A stretch of DNA of 31,983 nucleotides from an uncultured Candidatus Saccharibacteria bacterium. Its GTDB lineage: Bacteria > Patescibacteriota > Minisyncoccia > Phycocordibacterales > Zambryskibacteraceae. The notes beneath the pieces are model-generated. The model had not been told where the DNA came from. It did no database searches and saw nothing but the letters and a program-made list of their open reading frames with translations. Location: positions 1 through 31,983 of the forward strand of contig CAZAZG010000002.1 of assembly GCA_964489565.1 (NCBI GenBank), in the 5' to 3' direction. Below are positions 8,685-18,170 of this stretch, piece by piece; positions within the stretch are counted from its first letter, which is position 1, and each line of letters starts with the position of its first letter. Position numbers and translations under genes: made by a program.

Positions 8685-10607
8685 ATGAACGAAGATACAC
8701 AGAAACCAAACGAAGCTCCCGTGGCGGCAACACCCATTGCCCCTTCGAGTGAAATTAGCGAGACATTGAGAGCAACAGCGCCGAGTACCCATCGAACACC
8801 ACGGAAAAGTGGTGGCGGTAACTCTCGCATGGGCGGAAGTTTTGGAAACAGCAAACGCATGATGCCACGTCGAGGCTTGCCCGCTCCACGTCCCCGCTCA
8901 AACAATGACTCCATGGTCATCCCGCCCATTGGAGACAGCATCCGCATTATTCCACTCGGGGGAGTAGAGGAGGTTGGAAAGAACATGAGTGCGATTGAAT
9001 ATGGCAATGACATCATTGTCATGGATGCAGGGTTCCAATTCCGCGAAGATGACACTCCAGGAATCGACTACATCTTGCCGAACACCAAATACCTCGAAGA
9101 AAGAAAAGATCGCATCCGCGCAATCATTATTACCCATGGACACCTAGATCACATCGGCGGTATTCCTTATATCATGGACCGCATCGGCAATCCCCCACTT
9201 TATACTCGCGAGCTCACCAGCATCATGATTAAGAAGCGACAAGAGGAGTTTCCTCATCTCGCACCGCTTGATATTCGCATCGTTGAAAATAACGAGCGAA
9301 TCACCCTCGGAAACCTCAAGGCTCGGTTCTTTGCCGTGAGTCACACCATTCCAGACTCGATGGGTATCGTCATTGAAACTCCGTACGGATGGATCGTAAA
9401 CCCAGGAGACATCAAACTCGATCACAATGATGGAGTGGTGACCGCAGCGGAAGAAAAAGAATACTCAATCTTTAAAGACGCGAACGTCTTAGCTCTTATG
9501 ATGGACTCAACAAACGTTGAGAACCCTGGCTTCTCTACTCCAGAGCGCGTCGTGAGAGAAAACCTTGATGAGATCATCAAGAACACTAAACGTCGCATGA
9601 TTATCGGCACATTCGCCTCTCAGCTTGAGCGCGTGATTAGCATCATCGAGAGTGCAGAAAAGTACGGAAAAAAAGTTGTCGTTGAAGGACGCAGTATGAA
9701 AACGAACGTGGAAATAGCGATGCTCGTGAACAAGCTTACAGTCAAGAAAGGGACTATCATCACGTCAGAAGAGATGGAAAGCCTTCCGCCAGATAAGATC
9801 ATTATTCTTGCAACTGGAGCTCAAGGAGACGAATTTGCAGCGCTCATGCGTATGTCAAACAAGAGTCACAAGTACATCAAGATCACACCGCGCGATACCA
9901 TACTACTCTCTTCTTCTATCATTCCAGGAAATGAAAAGTCTGTTCAAAAACTAAAAGACAACCTCGCACGACAAGGTGCGAAGATTATTCACTACCGAAC
10001 TTCTGATGTGTACATCCACTCAACAGGTCACGGAAACCGTGGTGAGCTCGAATGGCTCCATCGCAATATTAAGCCAAAATTTTTTATTCCGATTCATGGA
10101 AACCATTACATGCTCCGCGTGCACGAAGAGGTAGCGCAAGCACTCGGCATGGCTCCAGAAAATATCATTGTCCCTGACAATGGCATGTTGATTGAAATTC
10201 AGGATGAGGGTAAGAAAATTGTTAAGCTCAAAGAGACCGCGCCAAACGGCATGGTCATGGTAGACGGTTTCTCTATCGGAAATGTGCAGGAAGTGGTCAT
10301 GCGTGACCGCAAAATGCTCGCGGAAGACGGCTTCCTCGTTATTGTGGCGAGTATCAACGTGAAAACTGGAAAGCTCCGAAAGTCCCCTGATATCATTTCT
10401 CGTGGATTCGTATACCTAAGGGAATCGCAGGACCTGCTCCAGCACACTCGTGTCATTATTAAAAAGACGATTGAAAAGAGCACTGCCGGCATGAATCCGA
10501 TAAACTTCGATTTTGTAAAAGCTAATGTCGCAGATGAAATTGGAAAATTCCTCTATCAAAAGACTGCAAAACGTCCGATTGTCATCCCTGTTGTTCTTGG
10601 AGTATAA
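8685..10607 (+). CDS. rnj: Ribonuclease J with ~85-aa low-complexity N-terminal extension
   Basis: IPLGGVEEVGKNM, THGHLDHIGG, HSTGHG, FIPIHG, IISRGFVY, RPIVIPV. Confidence 0.96.
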   Translation: MNEDTQKPNEAPVAATPIAPSSEISETLRATAPSTHRTPRKSGGGNSRMGGSFGNSKRMMPRRGLPAPRPRSNNDSMVIPPIGDSIRIIPLGGVEEVGKNMSAIEYGNDIIVMDAGFQFREDDTPGIDYILPNTKYLEERKDRIRAIIITHGHLDHIGGIPYIMDRIGNPPLYTRELTSIMIKKRQEEFPHLAPLDIRIVENNERITLGNLKARFFAVSHTIPDSMGIVIETPYGWIVNPGDIKLDHNDGVVTAAEEKEYSIFKDANVLALMMDSTNVENPGFSTPERVVRENLDEIIKNTKRRMIIGTFASQLERVISIIESAEKYGKKVVVEGRSMKTNVEIAMLVNKLTVKKGTIITSEEMESLPPDKIIILATGAQGDEFAALMRMSNKSHKYIKITPRDTILLSSSIIPGNEKSVQKLKDNLARQGAKIIHYRTSDVYIHSTGHGNRGELEWLHRNIKPKFFIPIHGNHYMLRVHEEVAQALGMAPENIIVPDNGMLIEIQDEGKKIVKLKETAPNGMVMVDGFSIGNVQEVVMRDRKMLAEDGFLVIVASINVKTGKLRKSPDIISRGFVYLRESQDLLQHTRVIIKKTIEKSTAGMNPINFDFVKANVADEIGKFLYQKTAKRPIVIPVVLGV

Positions 10608-10616
10608 CTACTTTAC

Positions 10617-10656
10617 AAACAAAAACACCGAAGCAGAGCTTCGGTGTTTTTGTTTG
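10617..10656 (+). terminator. Intrinsic terminator after rnj
   Basis: AAACAAAAACACCGAAGC-AGA-GCTTCGGTGTTTTTGTTT. Confidence 0.8.
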
Positions 10657-10709
10657 TTTGTAAAAAGTTTTGCGTTGATTTGTTGAGTATTTCTGATACG
10701 CTCACTCGT

Positions 10710-11468
10710 ATGAAACACTTTTTAGGCGCAATGATTCTTTTCTTTTCTACCCCCTCCTCTTTCCTTTTCGCATCGGATATTATCACACTCAACTTTCCCT
10801 ACACGACAATCGCAAAAGGTCAGACGATTTCAATGACTTGGACTGAACAAGATTCTGACGCTACCGCCTACACTGTGCACCTTCTTGGTGGCAGTCTCGG
10901 ACAAAACAAACGAACTATTGGATTGCTCGACACAGATACGGTAGATTCGTTTAGCTGGGCTGTACCAAGCGATCTTGAAATTGGAAGTGGCTATCAAATA
11001 CAATTTGTGGGTGCGGGTACCGCAGGAGACACGACGAATCTATTTTCAATCACTGGCCCAAGCACCCAAACTCAAACAACTCAATCAACCACTACCCCAC
11101 CGACCACAACGATGCTCAGTAATACTGATTTGCAGAAAAATACTCCCGCCCAAACAACTGTCGTACAAAAAACAATTGCTCCAAGCACTGCAACTATCAC
11201 GAGCAGTATGTCGAGCATAGTGAGCACGTGTGTGGCCATCACAAAAGATTTATCTTTTCGCTCAAAAGATACTGCCACTTCTAAATCCGTATATCAGCTC
11301 CAACGCTTTCTTGAAACAAACGGGTATTTACGCATTAAACCGACTGGATACTATGGTCTCTTCACAAAAGAAGCAACAAAAGCATTTCAAAATGAATATT
11401 TTATTAATCCAACGGGAAAAACAGGTCCAATAACACGAGCGAAGATACGAGCCCTGACCTGTAAGTAA
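10710..11468 (+). CDS. Secreted protein: Ig-like beta domain, Thr/Ser-rich linker, C-terminal peptidoglycan-binding domain
   Basis: Signal-like N-terminus; WT...FSWAVP...YQIQF beta pattern; VYQLQRFL...TGYYGLFTKEATKAFQ...PTGKTGPITRA resembles PG_binding_1. Confidence 0.75.
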   Translation: MKHFLGAMILFFSTPSSFLFASDIITLNFPYTTIAKGQTISMTWTEQDSDATAYTVHLLGGSLGQNKRTIGLLDTDTVDSFSWAVPSDLEIGSGYQIQFVGAGTAGDTTNLFSITGPSTQTQTTQSTTTPPTTTMLSNTDLQKNTPAQTTVVQKTIAPSTATITSSMSSIVSTCVAITKDLSFRSKDTATSKSVYQLQRFLETNGYLRIKPTGYYGLFTKEATKAFQNEYFINPTGKTGPITRAKIRALTCK

Positions 11469-11492
11469 TAGTTTTTTGTTATACTATCTTCC

Positions 11493-12671
11493 ATGGATAA
11501 AATCTTTGCGTATGCAAAAAAAAGAGAAGCGTTAGGACATGTCTATGGCGCAAACATCATTCTCTCAATCCACTTCTTTTTAATTATTTATATCAACTCC
11601 TCAGCACTCGGGCGTTACTTTTCAGCGGGCACTGTGGGTCTGCTCTACGGAGTAGGATCATTTCTTGGATTATTCCTGTTTATCACAGCTCCGATTCTCA
11701 TACGAAAGCATAGCGCTTACTCATACCTGTTTACGGTCGCTATTCTTGAATGCGCAGTTGTGATTGGAATTGCGCAGACTGCGGTCCCCTTTTTCATTGC
11801 TTTCTTTTTTATTCTTCACTGCGCACTTGTGCCGATGATCCTCTACTGTCTTGATGTCTACCTCGAAGATGCCACGAAAGTTGAAAATGAGACAGGAAGT
11901 ATCCGTGGAGTATATCTAACAATCACGAATGTCATCCTCGTGTTGTCCCCCCTCTGTATGGGATTTCTTATGAAACAGTTTTCCTTTGAAAGTGTGTATT
12001 TCTTTTCTGGACTTGCGTTGCTCCCCCTCATTCTTCTTATTCAAATGTATCTTAAAGACCGAGAACCAGAGGCACCAAAAAGGACATCGATTGGAAAGAG
12101 TATTTCCCTCGCACTCAAACATCCTGATATCAAGTACAGCATTCTCGCGCAATTTATCTTGCAGTTTTTTTATGCATGGGTGGTTATCTATCTTCCCCTC
12201 TACCTCATCAATGAAGTAGGGTTTGACTGGAACACACTCGGATACCTCTTTACTATTATGCTTCTGCCATTTATGCTTTTTGAAATTCCTGTGGGATGGC
12301 TTGCTGATAGAAAATTTGGGGAAAAAGAATTTATGATATTTGGATTTTTGTCTATGGCAATTGCTGCGGCATCACTTACCATTCCCTTTGAAAAACACTT
12401 TATTACCTGGGCGATACTCCTCTTCTTCTCTCGCTTTGGCGCAAGCTTTGCCGAGATCACCACAGAAAGTTATTTCTTTAAACATGTAAAGTCAGACGAC
12501 AGCGACCTCATTAGCCTCTTTCGAATGACAAGGCCTGCTGCATATATTCTTGCACCACTTATTGCCACCATAGCACTTTCGATTGTACCCTTTAGAGCAA
12601 CGTTTTGGATCCTTGGATGCATTATTCTATTCGGCGCAGTCTTTGCATTTCAGATCAAGGACACGAAGTAG
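11493..12671 (+). CDS. MFS transporter
   Basis: About 12 hydrophobic segments, GWLADRKFGEK motif-A-like loop. Confidence 0.88.
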   Translation: MDKIFAYAKKREALGHVYGANIILSIHFFLIIYINSSALGRYFSAGTVGLLYGVGSFLGLFLFITAPILIRKHSAYSYLFTVAILECAVVIGIAQTAVPFFIAFFFILHCALVPMILYCLDVYLEDATKVENETGSIRGVYLTITNVILVLSPLCMGFLMKQFSFESVYFFSGLALLPLILLIQMYLKDREPEAPKRTSIGKSISLALKHPDIKYSILAQFILQFFYAWVVIYLPLYLINEVGFDWNTLGYLFTIMLLPFMLFEIPVGWLADRKFGEKEFMIFGFLSMAIAAASLTIPFEKHFITWAILLFFSRFGASFAEITTESYFFKHVKSDDSDLISLFRMTRPAAYILAPLIATIALSIVPFRATFWILGCIILFGAVFAFQIKDTK

Positions 12672-12707
12672 TAGAGTTTAAAGTTGTCAGTAAAATACCA
12701 TTAAAAA

Positions 12708-12745
12708 AACAAAACAAAAACGGCGCAAGCCGTTTTTGTTTTGTT
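12708..12745. terminator. Bidirectional terminator between convergent genes
   Basis: AACAAAACAAAAACGGC-GCAA-GCCGTTTTTGTTTTGTT. Confidence 0.85.
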
Positions 12746-12788
12746 GAGATCACCAACAACTTAAAACTGTATTACTTGAGACTTCTCT

Positions 12789-13142
12789 TTACGCCTTTTT
12801 AACCTTCTTGATTTCAGCCTGGAACGCTCTCCAGTGTTTCTTCAGATCTTTACCGAGTGAATCAACTTCAGCAAGGTCAACGTTTTTGAGCGCTTTGTAT
12901 TTTCCGAGTACAGAATCGACAGTGGTTTCATATTGTGCCTGTGATGCGTGCTCAACTTTCTCGAGTTTTTCGAGTATCTCTCCCTTTGCTTTTACTGTCC
13001 AACCCTTTATCTTCTTGCGATTCTTTACAGCGTCTTTTGAGCCATAGAGAAAATATACACCGGCGATAGCTGCAACAATTCCTGCGGTCGCGGCAACCTT
13101 AGCTCCGGTATTATCTTTTTTTGCTGATGGGGTTTTTTTCAT
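12789..13142 (-). CDS. Hypothetical protein, YtxH-like architecture (one TM, Lys-rich helical tail)
   Basis: AGIVAAIAGVYFLY followed by KNRKKIK; ATG at 13142. Confidence 0.7.
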   Translation of the reverse strand: MKKTPSAKKDNTGAKVAATAGIVAAIAGVYFLYGSKDAVKNRKKIKGWTVKAKGEILEKLEKVEHASQAQYETTVDSVLGKYKALKNVDLAEVDSLGKDLKKHWRAFQAEIKKVKKA

Positions 13143-13169
13143 ACATGAATGCAAATAACATGAATAATA

Positions 13170-13436
13170 CTATTTTGCTTTTTTACTCTTTTTGCGAGAA
13201 AAAAAAGACTGTATGACAGCGAGAAACCCGAATCCTTTCTTTTTTGCTTCCTCCCGAATATCTCCGATATCATCGAGGATTGCCGTCCCTTCTGCTCGCG
13301 CTCTTGTGGAAAGCTCTTTTGCATCTTTCAAAATCGAAATGACATAGAACATGGCAACCACAAGTACGACCGAGACCGCAACAACTGCAATCGTGGTCGC
13401 AAAAAAGAACACTTCAGATTTCATGATTTCAGTCAT
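13170..13436 (-). CDS. Small membrane protein, DUF948/YtxG-like architecture
   Basis: One TM then amphipathic helix; ATG at 13436 lies 6 nt after TATACT. Confidence 0.65.
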   Translation of the reverse strand: MTEIMKSEVFFFATTIAVVAVSVVLVVAMFYVISILKDAKELSTRARAEGTAILDDIGDIREEAKKKGFGFLAVIQSFFSRKKSKKAK

Positions 13437-13455
13437 ACCTATAGTATACACGCTG

Positions 13456-13938
13456 TTACTGAGTAAATGAAACGGGGATAGTGAAGGATTTATCGCGGCT
13501 CTCTTCACCTGATGGATTATCGTTATGGAACACAATAGAACCAGTTCGGGCACTTTTCGTAAAAAAAATATCGACTACAAATGGCACAGGGGTTTCTGTC
13601 ATCCATGAACCCTGCGCTTCTGCAATGCCATAGCCCACATCTTCCCCTTTGTTGTCACGCACATATACAGGAAATGATCCTTCAAAATACCATGACCCTT
13701 TCGCTTTGCCAGTGACACGGAGTGGGATTTTTACTGTACTACCCGCCTTTAGTCCATCAACACTGATTTGACTACTGTCACTATTTTGATAACTCTCTTT
13801 AGATATTTGTTTTGTATCACTGATCACGTTACCCGCTATATTCGTAGGCGCATCTGCACTGTGACTCGCAAAATAAAAATGAGAAATACCAAAATAAGAA
13901 ATAATAAACAAGAAAATAAAAAGAATAAGTTTAGCCAT
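13456..13938 (-). CDS. Gmad2 immunoglobulin-like domain protein
   Basis: N-terminal TM; VTGKAKGSWYFEGSFPV, WMTETPVPF, NDNPSGE. Confidence 0.8.
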   Translation of the reverse strand: MAKLILFIFLFIISYFGISHFYFASHSADAPTNIAGNVISDTKQISKESYQNSDSSQISVDGLKAGSTVKIPLRVTGKAKGSWYFEGSFPVYVRDNKGEDVGYGIAEAQGSWMTETPVPFVVDIFFTKSARTGSIVFHNDNPSGEESRDKSFTIPVSFTQ

Positions 13939-13940
13939 GA

Positions 13941-14570
13941 TTATTTCAAAAGCTTATTTAACACTGGATATACTCTCTGTGCAATTTTAGCATATCCCGC
14001 ATCGTTTGGATGAATCGCATCTGACATGAGATTGCTATTCCCATACAGGCCTGAGAGGACATTGGAGACGTACCCTACCTGCATTTCAGATGCGAGTTTT
14101 TCAAACGAACTCTCAAACTGGTCGGTTAGTGGTCCACCCCGCACACCAAGCAGTATCACCACGGCTCCTGTATTTTGAATCTCTGTGATAATAGTACGGA
14201 GGTTTGCGAATGTTTGCACTTTGGGCACTTTTCTTAAATAATCATTACCTCCAAGGAGGACCAGTACTACTTTGGGGTGGGGATTTTCTGCGAGCATTTG
14301 TGGGAGGCGTGCTAATCCATCTGCAGTTGTGTCACCAGAGCGACCGTAATTTTTAATTGGCTCACGGGTGAGCGCCGAGAGTTGCCCGAAAAATCCAGTG
14401 CCAGAGCTTGATCCAACTCCTACGACCAGACTATCACCGAAAACAATAATACCGTCTCCCTGTGAAGGGTAATTTTTTACCGCGGGTTTTTTCATACCAA
14501 AAAATACAAAAACGATCACGACGACTCCGACAATGCACACTCCCAAAATTATTTTTATATTTGGTTGCAT
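13941..14570 (-). CDS. GDSL/SGNH hydrolase (TesA-like), membrane anchored
   Basis: FGDSL, GRSGDTT, LGGND, DAIHPN. Confidence 0.92.
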   Translation of the reverse strand: MQPNIKIILGVCIVGVVVIVFVFFGMKKPAVKNYPSQGDGIIVFGDSLVVGVGSSSGTGFFGQLSALTREPIKNYGRSGDTTADGLARLPQMLAENPHPKVVLVLLGGNDYLRKVPKVQTFANLRTIITEIQNTGAVVILLGVRGGPLTDQFESSFEKLASEMQVGYVSNVLSGLYGNSNLMSDAIHPNDAGYAKIAQRVYPVLNKLLK

Positions 14571-14577
14571 CGTGCTT

Positions 14578-15717
14578 TTATCTCACCTCGATAAATTTAT
14601 CCACAAGTACTTGGTAGATACCTCCGAGTGCGAGAAGGATAAGTCCGTACCAGAGCACTCCACCAATGTAGGGAATGTAATCAAGCAGTGTCGCCAGACA
14701 GACACCAAGGAGAATGGTTTTCCATGAGACAACAATTGATTCAGCTGGATGAAACACTTTGTAGACAACACTTCCTAAAACAATTGGTGCATAGACAAGT
14801 GATAGCAGTAGTCCAATACCAAACAAGACAAGTGCAAACAGTGAAAATGGAATAGCAATAAATGTCAGTGTGGCAACGAGCGCAGCTACCGGAACGCCGA
14901 GCACAAGAAGGAATCCGCGAAGCAGGCTCTTCCAATGTTCAGTAATTGAAACTACCACGAAACGAGTAGACACTTTTCGCAGTATGCCATGCGCAACGAG
15001 CGCTGAGAGGAGAAAGATTGCAAATTTAATAATAGCCAGTGTGCCCCAGAGAGTCGGGAGGAACTGCTCCGCACGAGTGCGAGTATTGATTTGAGTGTAA
15101 TTTGTTTGCCCGATTATTCTTCCTCCCGATTGAATAGTAATCGGCTCCGATGCGGAGTAGGAGAGATTGCCTTTGATTATACCGAGAGGCCCGAGGGTAA
15201 TATGGTTTGCCAAAATCTTTGCGTCACCTTCTATCTCGCCATTTATATACAAGTCTCCCACTGCAACATGTGCATCACGAAGCACTTTTCCTTGAAAATC
15301 CACATTGCCCGCTGCGATAAGCAGATCTCCATTGATGGTAGCCTTTGGAAGAATATCTACGTTCCATCCAGCAATCGCTGCATCCTTTCCAATTCCACTT
15401 GAAAGATAAACCTGTCGAGCAAAAACTCGAAGTGATCTCTTAACAGCGCTTAGCACATGGACAGTATTACCCACCACAAGAGCATCTTCAGAAATCGTAT
15501 CACCACCTAAAAAGACTGAGTACCCAGCCGTTACCAGGTCTCCAAACACATTTCCCGCTATGGTCGTATTCCCACCGAGCGCATATAAATCCCCAGTTGT
15601 GGTCGCATTTTTACCGAGGGTATAGTCTTCTCCATATTGAAATGTGGCAGCCGAAACTGGAGCAAAAACCGCTAATATGCTGAGAATAAGGGCTATTTTC
15701 GTCATTTTTGCTTTCAT
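14578..15717 (-). CDS. Bactofilin-like beta-helix repeat protein with multi-pass C-terminal membrane domain
   Basis: Signal peptide; repeated GDL.A.G..V.I.G.V units; about 6 C-terminal TM segments. Confidence 0.75.
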   Translation of the reverse strand: MKAKMTKIALILSILAVFAPVSAATFQYGEDYTLGKNATTTGDLYALGGNTTIAGNVFGDLVTAGYSVFLGGDTISEDALVVGNTVHVLSAVKRSLRVFARQVYLSSGIGKDAAIAGWNVDILPKATINGDLLIAAGNVDFQGKVLRDAHVAVGDLYINGEIEGDAKILANHITLGPLGIIKGNLSYSASEPITIQSGGRIIGQTNYTQINTRTRAEQFLPTLWGTLAIIKFAIFLLSALVAHGILRKVSTRFVVVSITEHWKSLLRGFLLVLGVPVAALVATLTFIAIPFSLFALVLFGIGLLLSLVYAPIVLGSVVYKVFHPAESIVVSWKTILLGVCLATLLDYIPYIGGVLWYGLILLALGGIYQVLVDKFIEVR

Positions 15718-15973
15718 GGTGCTTAGTATACTCCCGCGCTCGAAAAAGCTCTAGTAGAAGGATTTTAAGTAATTAGTGTTAAGTGAAATGCAAAAAAATA
15801 AAGAGTAAGCACCCCCACTGAATTCCGATTCCAGTATGTTTTCGTTTTATCAACTCAAAACTTCCCAATTACATCACTAGGATAAATACTTTTTTTAAAT
15901 AATTACCCCATTACAAAGAACAGGCACACATCTATAATGTTGGCGTGCAATTTGATACACTTAGAGGAGAAAC

Positions 15974-16237
15974 ATGTTCCTTAACCACGGGGGGTCTATG
16001 CAACACCAGTCGCACGAAATTATCTGGTCTGTTGATGGGAACCCCGTATCAGCAACAATCAAAACACCTTTTGGCACATACGAAAACCTGCTGACAACTG
16101 ATGACATCCTAACGGCATTCATCACGATTTGTGAAACCATTACCTGCTCTATAGCTGAAGTTCAAGCAACAATTCAGCAGATTGAGAGAGCTCTAGCGCA
16201 GGAACAGTACAACACATTAAACTCTATTCCTCACTAA
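15974..16237 (+). CDS. Hypothetical orphan protein (87 aa)
   Basis: GAGGAG SD before ATG; upstream TATAAT; downstream hairpin at 16251-16280. Confidence 0.6.
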   Translation: MFLNHGGSMQHQSHEIIWSVDGNPVSATIKTPFGTYENLLTTDDILTAFITICETITCSIAEVQATIQQIERALAQEQYNTLNSIPH

Positions 16238-16368
16238 TATCAATCAGTAAAAGCCCTACGCTAAACATCGTGCAGGGCTTGCTTTTTTATAATAAAGTGA
16301 TATAAAGCTTTAAGAAGTGAGAGCAATTTTATAAAAGCGAGACGCACTTTTTACCGGAGCAATTTGAG

Positions 16369-16725
16369 ATGAAAGAATTTGAGCCAGACTACCCGGTTCT
16401 TAGGGTACAAACCAATCTTGAAAAACCTTCCGGACACATCATGACTAGTCCGAAAGTTCGAACAAAAGAGTTTTTCTGCATTTTCCAAGGGACGCTTTTT
16501 GCTCTCGTTGAATTCAAGGAAAAAAGAATCGACGGAATGGGTCTTCGTAGGGTACTTCGAGCCCTTACGAATTGCAAGTTGCCTGAGATTATTGATCAAA
16601 CGTATGAGACGCTCGATCGAGCCATTCGGGATTGCGACCGACAAATAATCGTGGTTGTCTCTGGAAATGAGAATACGGAACGTAGGTCAATAATTCCAAT
16701 GACTGGTAACATAATGGTTTCATGA
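16369..16725 (+). CDS. Hypothetical orphan protein (118 aa)
   Basis: GGAG upstream; downstream hairpin at 16730-16762. Confidence 0.6.
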   Translation: MKEFEPDYPVLRVQTNLEKPSGHIMTSPKVRTKEFFCIFQGTLFALVEFKEKRIDGMGLRRVLRALTNCKLPEIIDQTYETLDRAIRDCDRQIIVVVSGNENTERRSIIPMTGNIMVS

Positions 16726-16830
16726 GAAAAAGACCTCTTCGCTGCATCTGCGTTGAGGTCTTGCTTTTTTATTTAAATACGATATAATAGGTAGTGAACT
16801 GAACATTCGACCCAAGAAGTGAGGCAACAA

Positions 16831-16995
16831 ATGCACAGATGGGAAGATGAGGAGAGGGATAAGATCAAACTCGTAAGAGACAGGCCCATTAACCAACTCC
16901 CAAAGAAGGAAGCTTGGTACCACAGAATGATGAGCTGGATAAAGAACGTCTTCTTTCCAGATCCACCAGCAGGTGGAGGAAATATCTGGAAGTAA
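16831..16995 (+). CDS. Hypothetical 54-aa orphan protein (not in ORF track)
   Basis: MHRWEDEERDKIKLVRDRPINQLPKKEAWYHRMMSWIKNVFFPDPPAGGGNIWK; TTGCTT-16-TATAAT promoter (16761-16788), GAGG SD, hairpin at 17011-17040. Confidence 0.6.
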   Translation: MHRWEDEERDKIKLVRDRPINQLPKKEAWYHRMMSWIKNVFFPDPPAGGGNIWK

Positions 16996-17133
16996 TACAG
17001 AAGAACAATTGCCCCTACGCTAAGTATCGCGTTGGGGGTGTTTTTTATACTTGAATTAAATGTGTTTTTTCAGTATGGTGTCAGGGCTAGTTTTAAGTTG
17101 TTATCGGTAGGTTATTAGGAGTTACCAACACAT

Positions 17134-17204
17134 TGCGGGATCGTCTAATGGTAGGACATTTGCCTCTGAAGCAGAGTATCTTGGTTCGAGCCCAAGTCCC
17201 GCAG
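17134..17204 (+). tRNA. tRNA-Gln(CTG)
   Basis: Acceptor TGCGGGA/TCCCGCA, anticodon loop CTCTGAA, T-arm CTTGG-TTCGAGC-CCAAG; CCA not encoded. Confidence 0.95.
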
Positions 17205-17351
17205 CAAAAAAATCGCGAAGCTATTTTTCGCAGGAAGAGGTGCTGGGAGCACTTCGCCTTGGGCTCGAAAAGCTTTTGAGGCTAAAATTGATTTTATAAA
17301 TTTTAGCCAAAAGGTATACTGATTCTGTAAGAACCGAGACCCCAAGTCCCG
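17205..17351 (+). mobile_element. tRNA-associated ~150-bp hairpin element, copy C
   Basis: 17258-17269 is the exact reverse complement of tRNA 17185-17196; stem 17280-17289/17299-17308; CTGTAAG at 17325-17331; 17341-17351 repeats tRNA 17191-17201. Confidence 0.6.
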
Positions 17352-17433
17352 AATCAATTGACTTTCTAAATATTTAATATAGTTTTCATTGCAGAATGCA
17401 ATTTAGCTAAAAACTTCTAACGGAGAAACTTGC

Positions 17434-17892
17434 ATGTCGAAAAATAAGGCAGTGCCCTCCGTCTTTCTCATTTTTCTAGAGAGAGACGGCACGATTACGT
17501 TGCTTCGTCGAAACAACACAGGGCATATGGATGGGAAGCTTGGCTTACCATCAGGAAAAATTGAGGAAGGTGAGTTGCCAGAAGAAGCGGCAGTCCGAGA
17601 AGGACTAGAAGAGGTTGGCGTGGTGATTCAACAAAACAACCTTGAACTTGTTCATTTGCAGTATCACTCACAAACGCCCAATCTTGGCGGCGACTATGTC
17701 AACTTCTACTTTTTGGTTCGACATTGGGTAGGTAAGTTGATAAATAACGAGCCAGGTATGTGTAGTGAGTTGATTAAAGTTAACCTCAATTTCAATAATC
17801 TTCCTTTAGACATGATTCCATACGTCGCAAAGGCATTACCTCATTGCAAGTCGGACACGATTGTTTACAGCACCCACATCACCCGATTGTAA
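17434..17892 (+). CDS. NUDIX hydrolase
   Basis: Nudix box GKIEEGELPEEAAVREGLEEVG; NNEPGMCSEL. Confidence 0.92.
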   Translation: MSKNKAVPSVFLIFLERDGTITLLRRNNTGHMDGKLGLPSGKIEEGELPEEAAVREGLEEVGVVIQQNNLELVHLQYHSQTPNLGGDYVNFYFLVRHWVGKLINNEPGMCSELIKVNLNFNNLPLDMIPYVAKALPHCKSDTIVYSTHITRL

Positions 17893-17935
17893 TCGGGTGG
17901 TGTTTTTTTAAAAAAACGTTTCAACTCTATACCAC

Positions 17936-18100
17936 ACAGCCAGCGAAAAATACCGTAGGTAGTTTTTCTGTGGAAAAAAGCAAATGATTTTGCTTATAGA
18001 TTGAACTCAAAGCCCGGTTGAGCATTTTCTGAGCTTTGAAAAGGTGTAAGGAAAATCCAAACAGGCTACTGGTTCTGTAAGAACCGAGATCCCAAGCCTG
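17936..18100 (+). mobile_element. tRNA-associated hairpin element, degenerate copy B
   Basis: Shares TTTTCTGAGCTTT (18025-18037) and AAAATCCAAACAGG (18052-18065) with copy A (minus strand), and TTCTGTAAGAACCGAGA (18073-18089) with copy C. Confidence 0.55.
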
Positions 18101-18170
18101 GAAAGTCCGAAAGAGCAGGTTTAACTGGTCCAGAATTTATAGTCAGATAATTATATTTTATCCACTGAAA

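Noticed and set aside
17205-18100. CRISPR array interpretation of the repeats
   Set aside because: Only two or three degenerate copies, irregular spacing, repeats derive from tRNA ends, no cas genes
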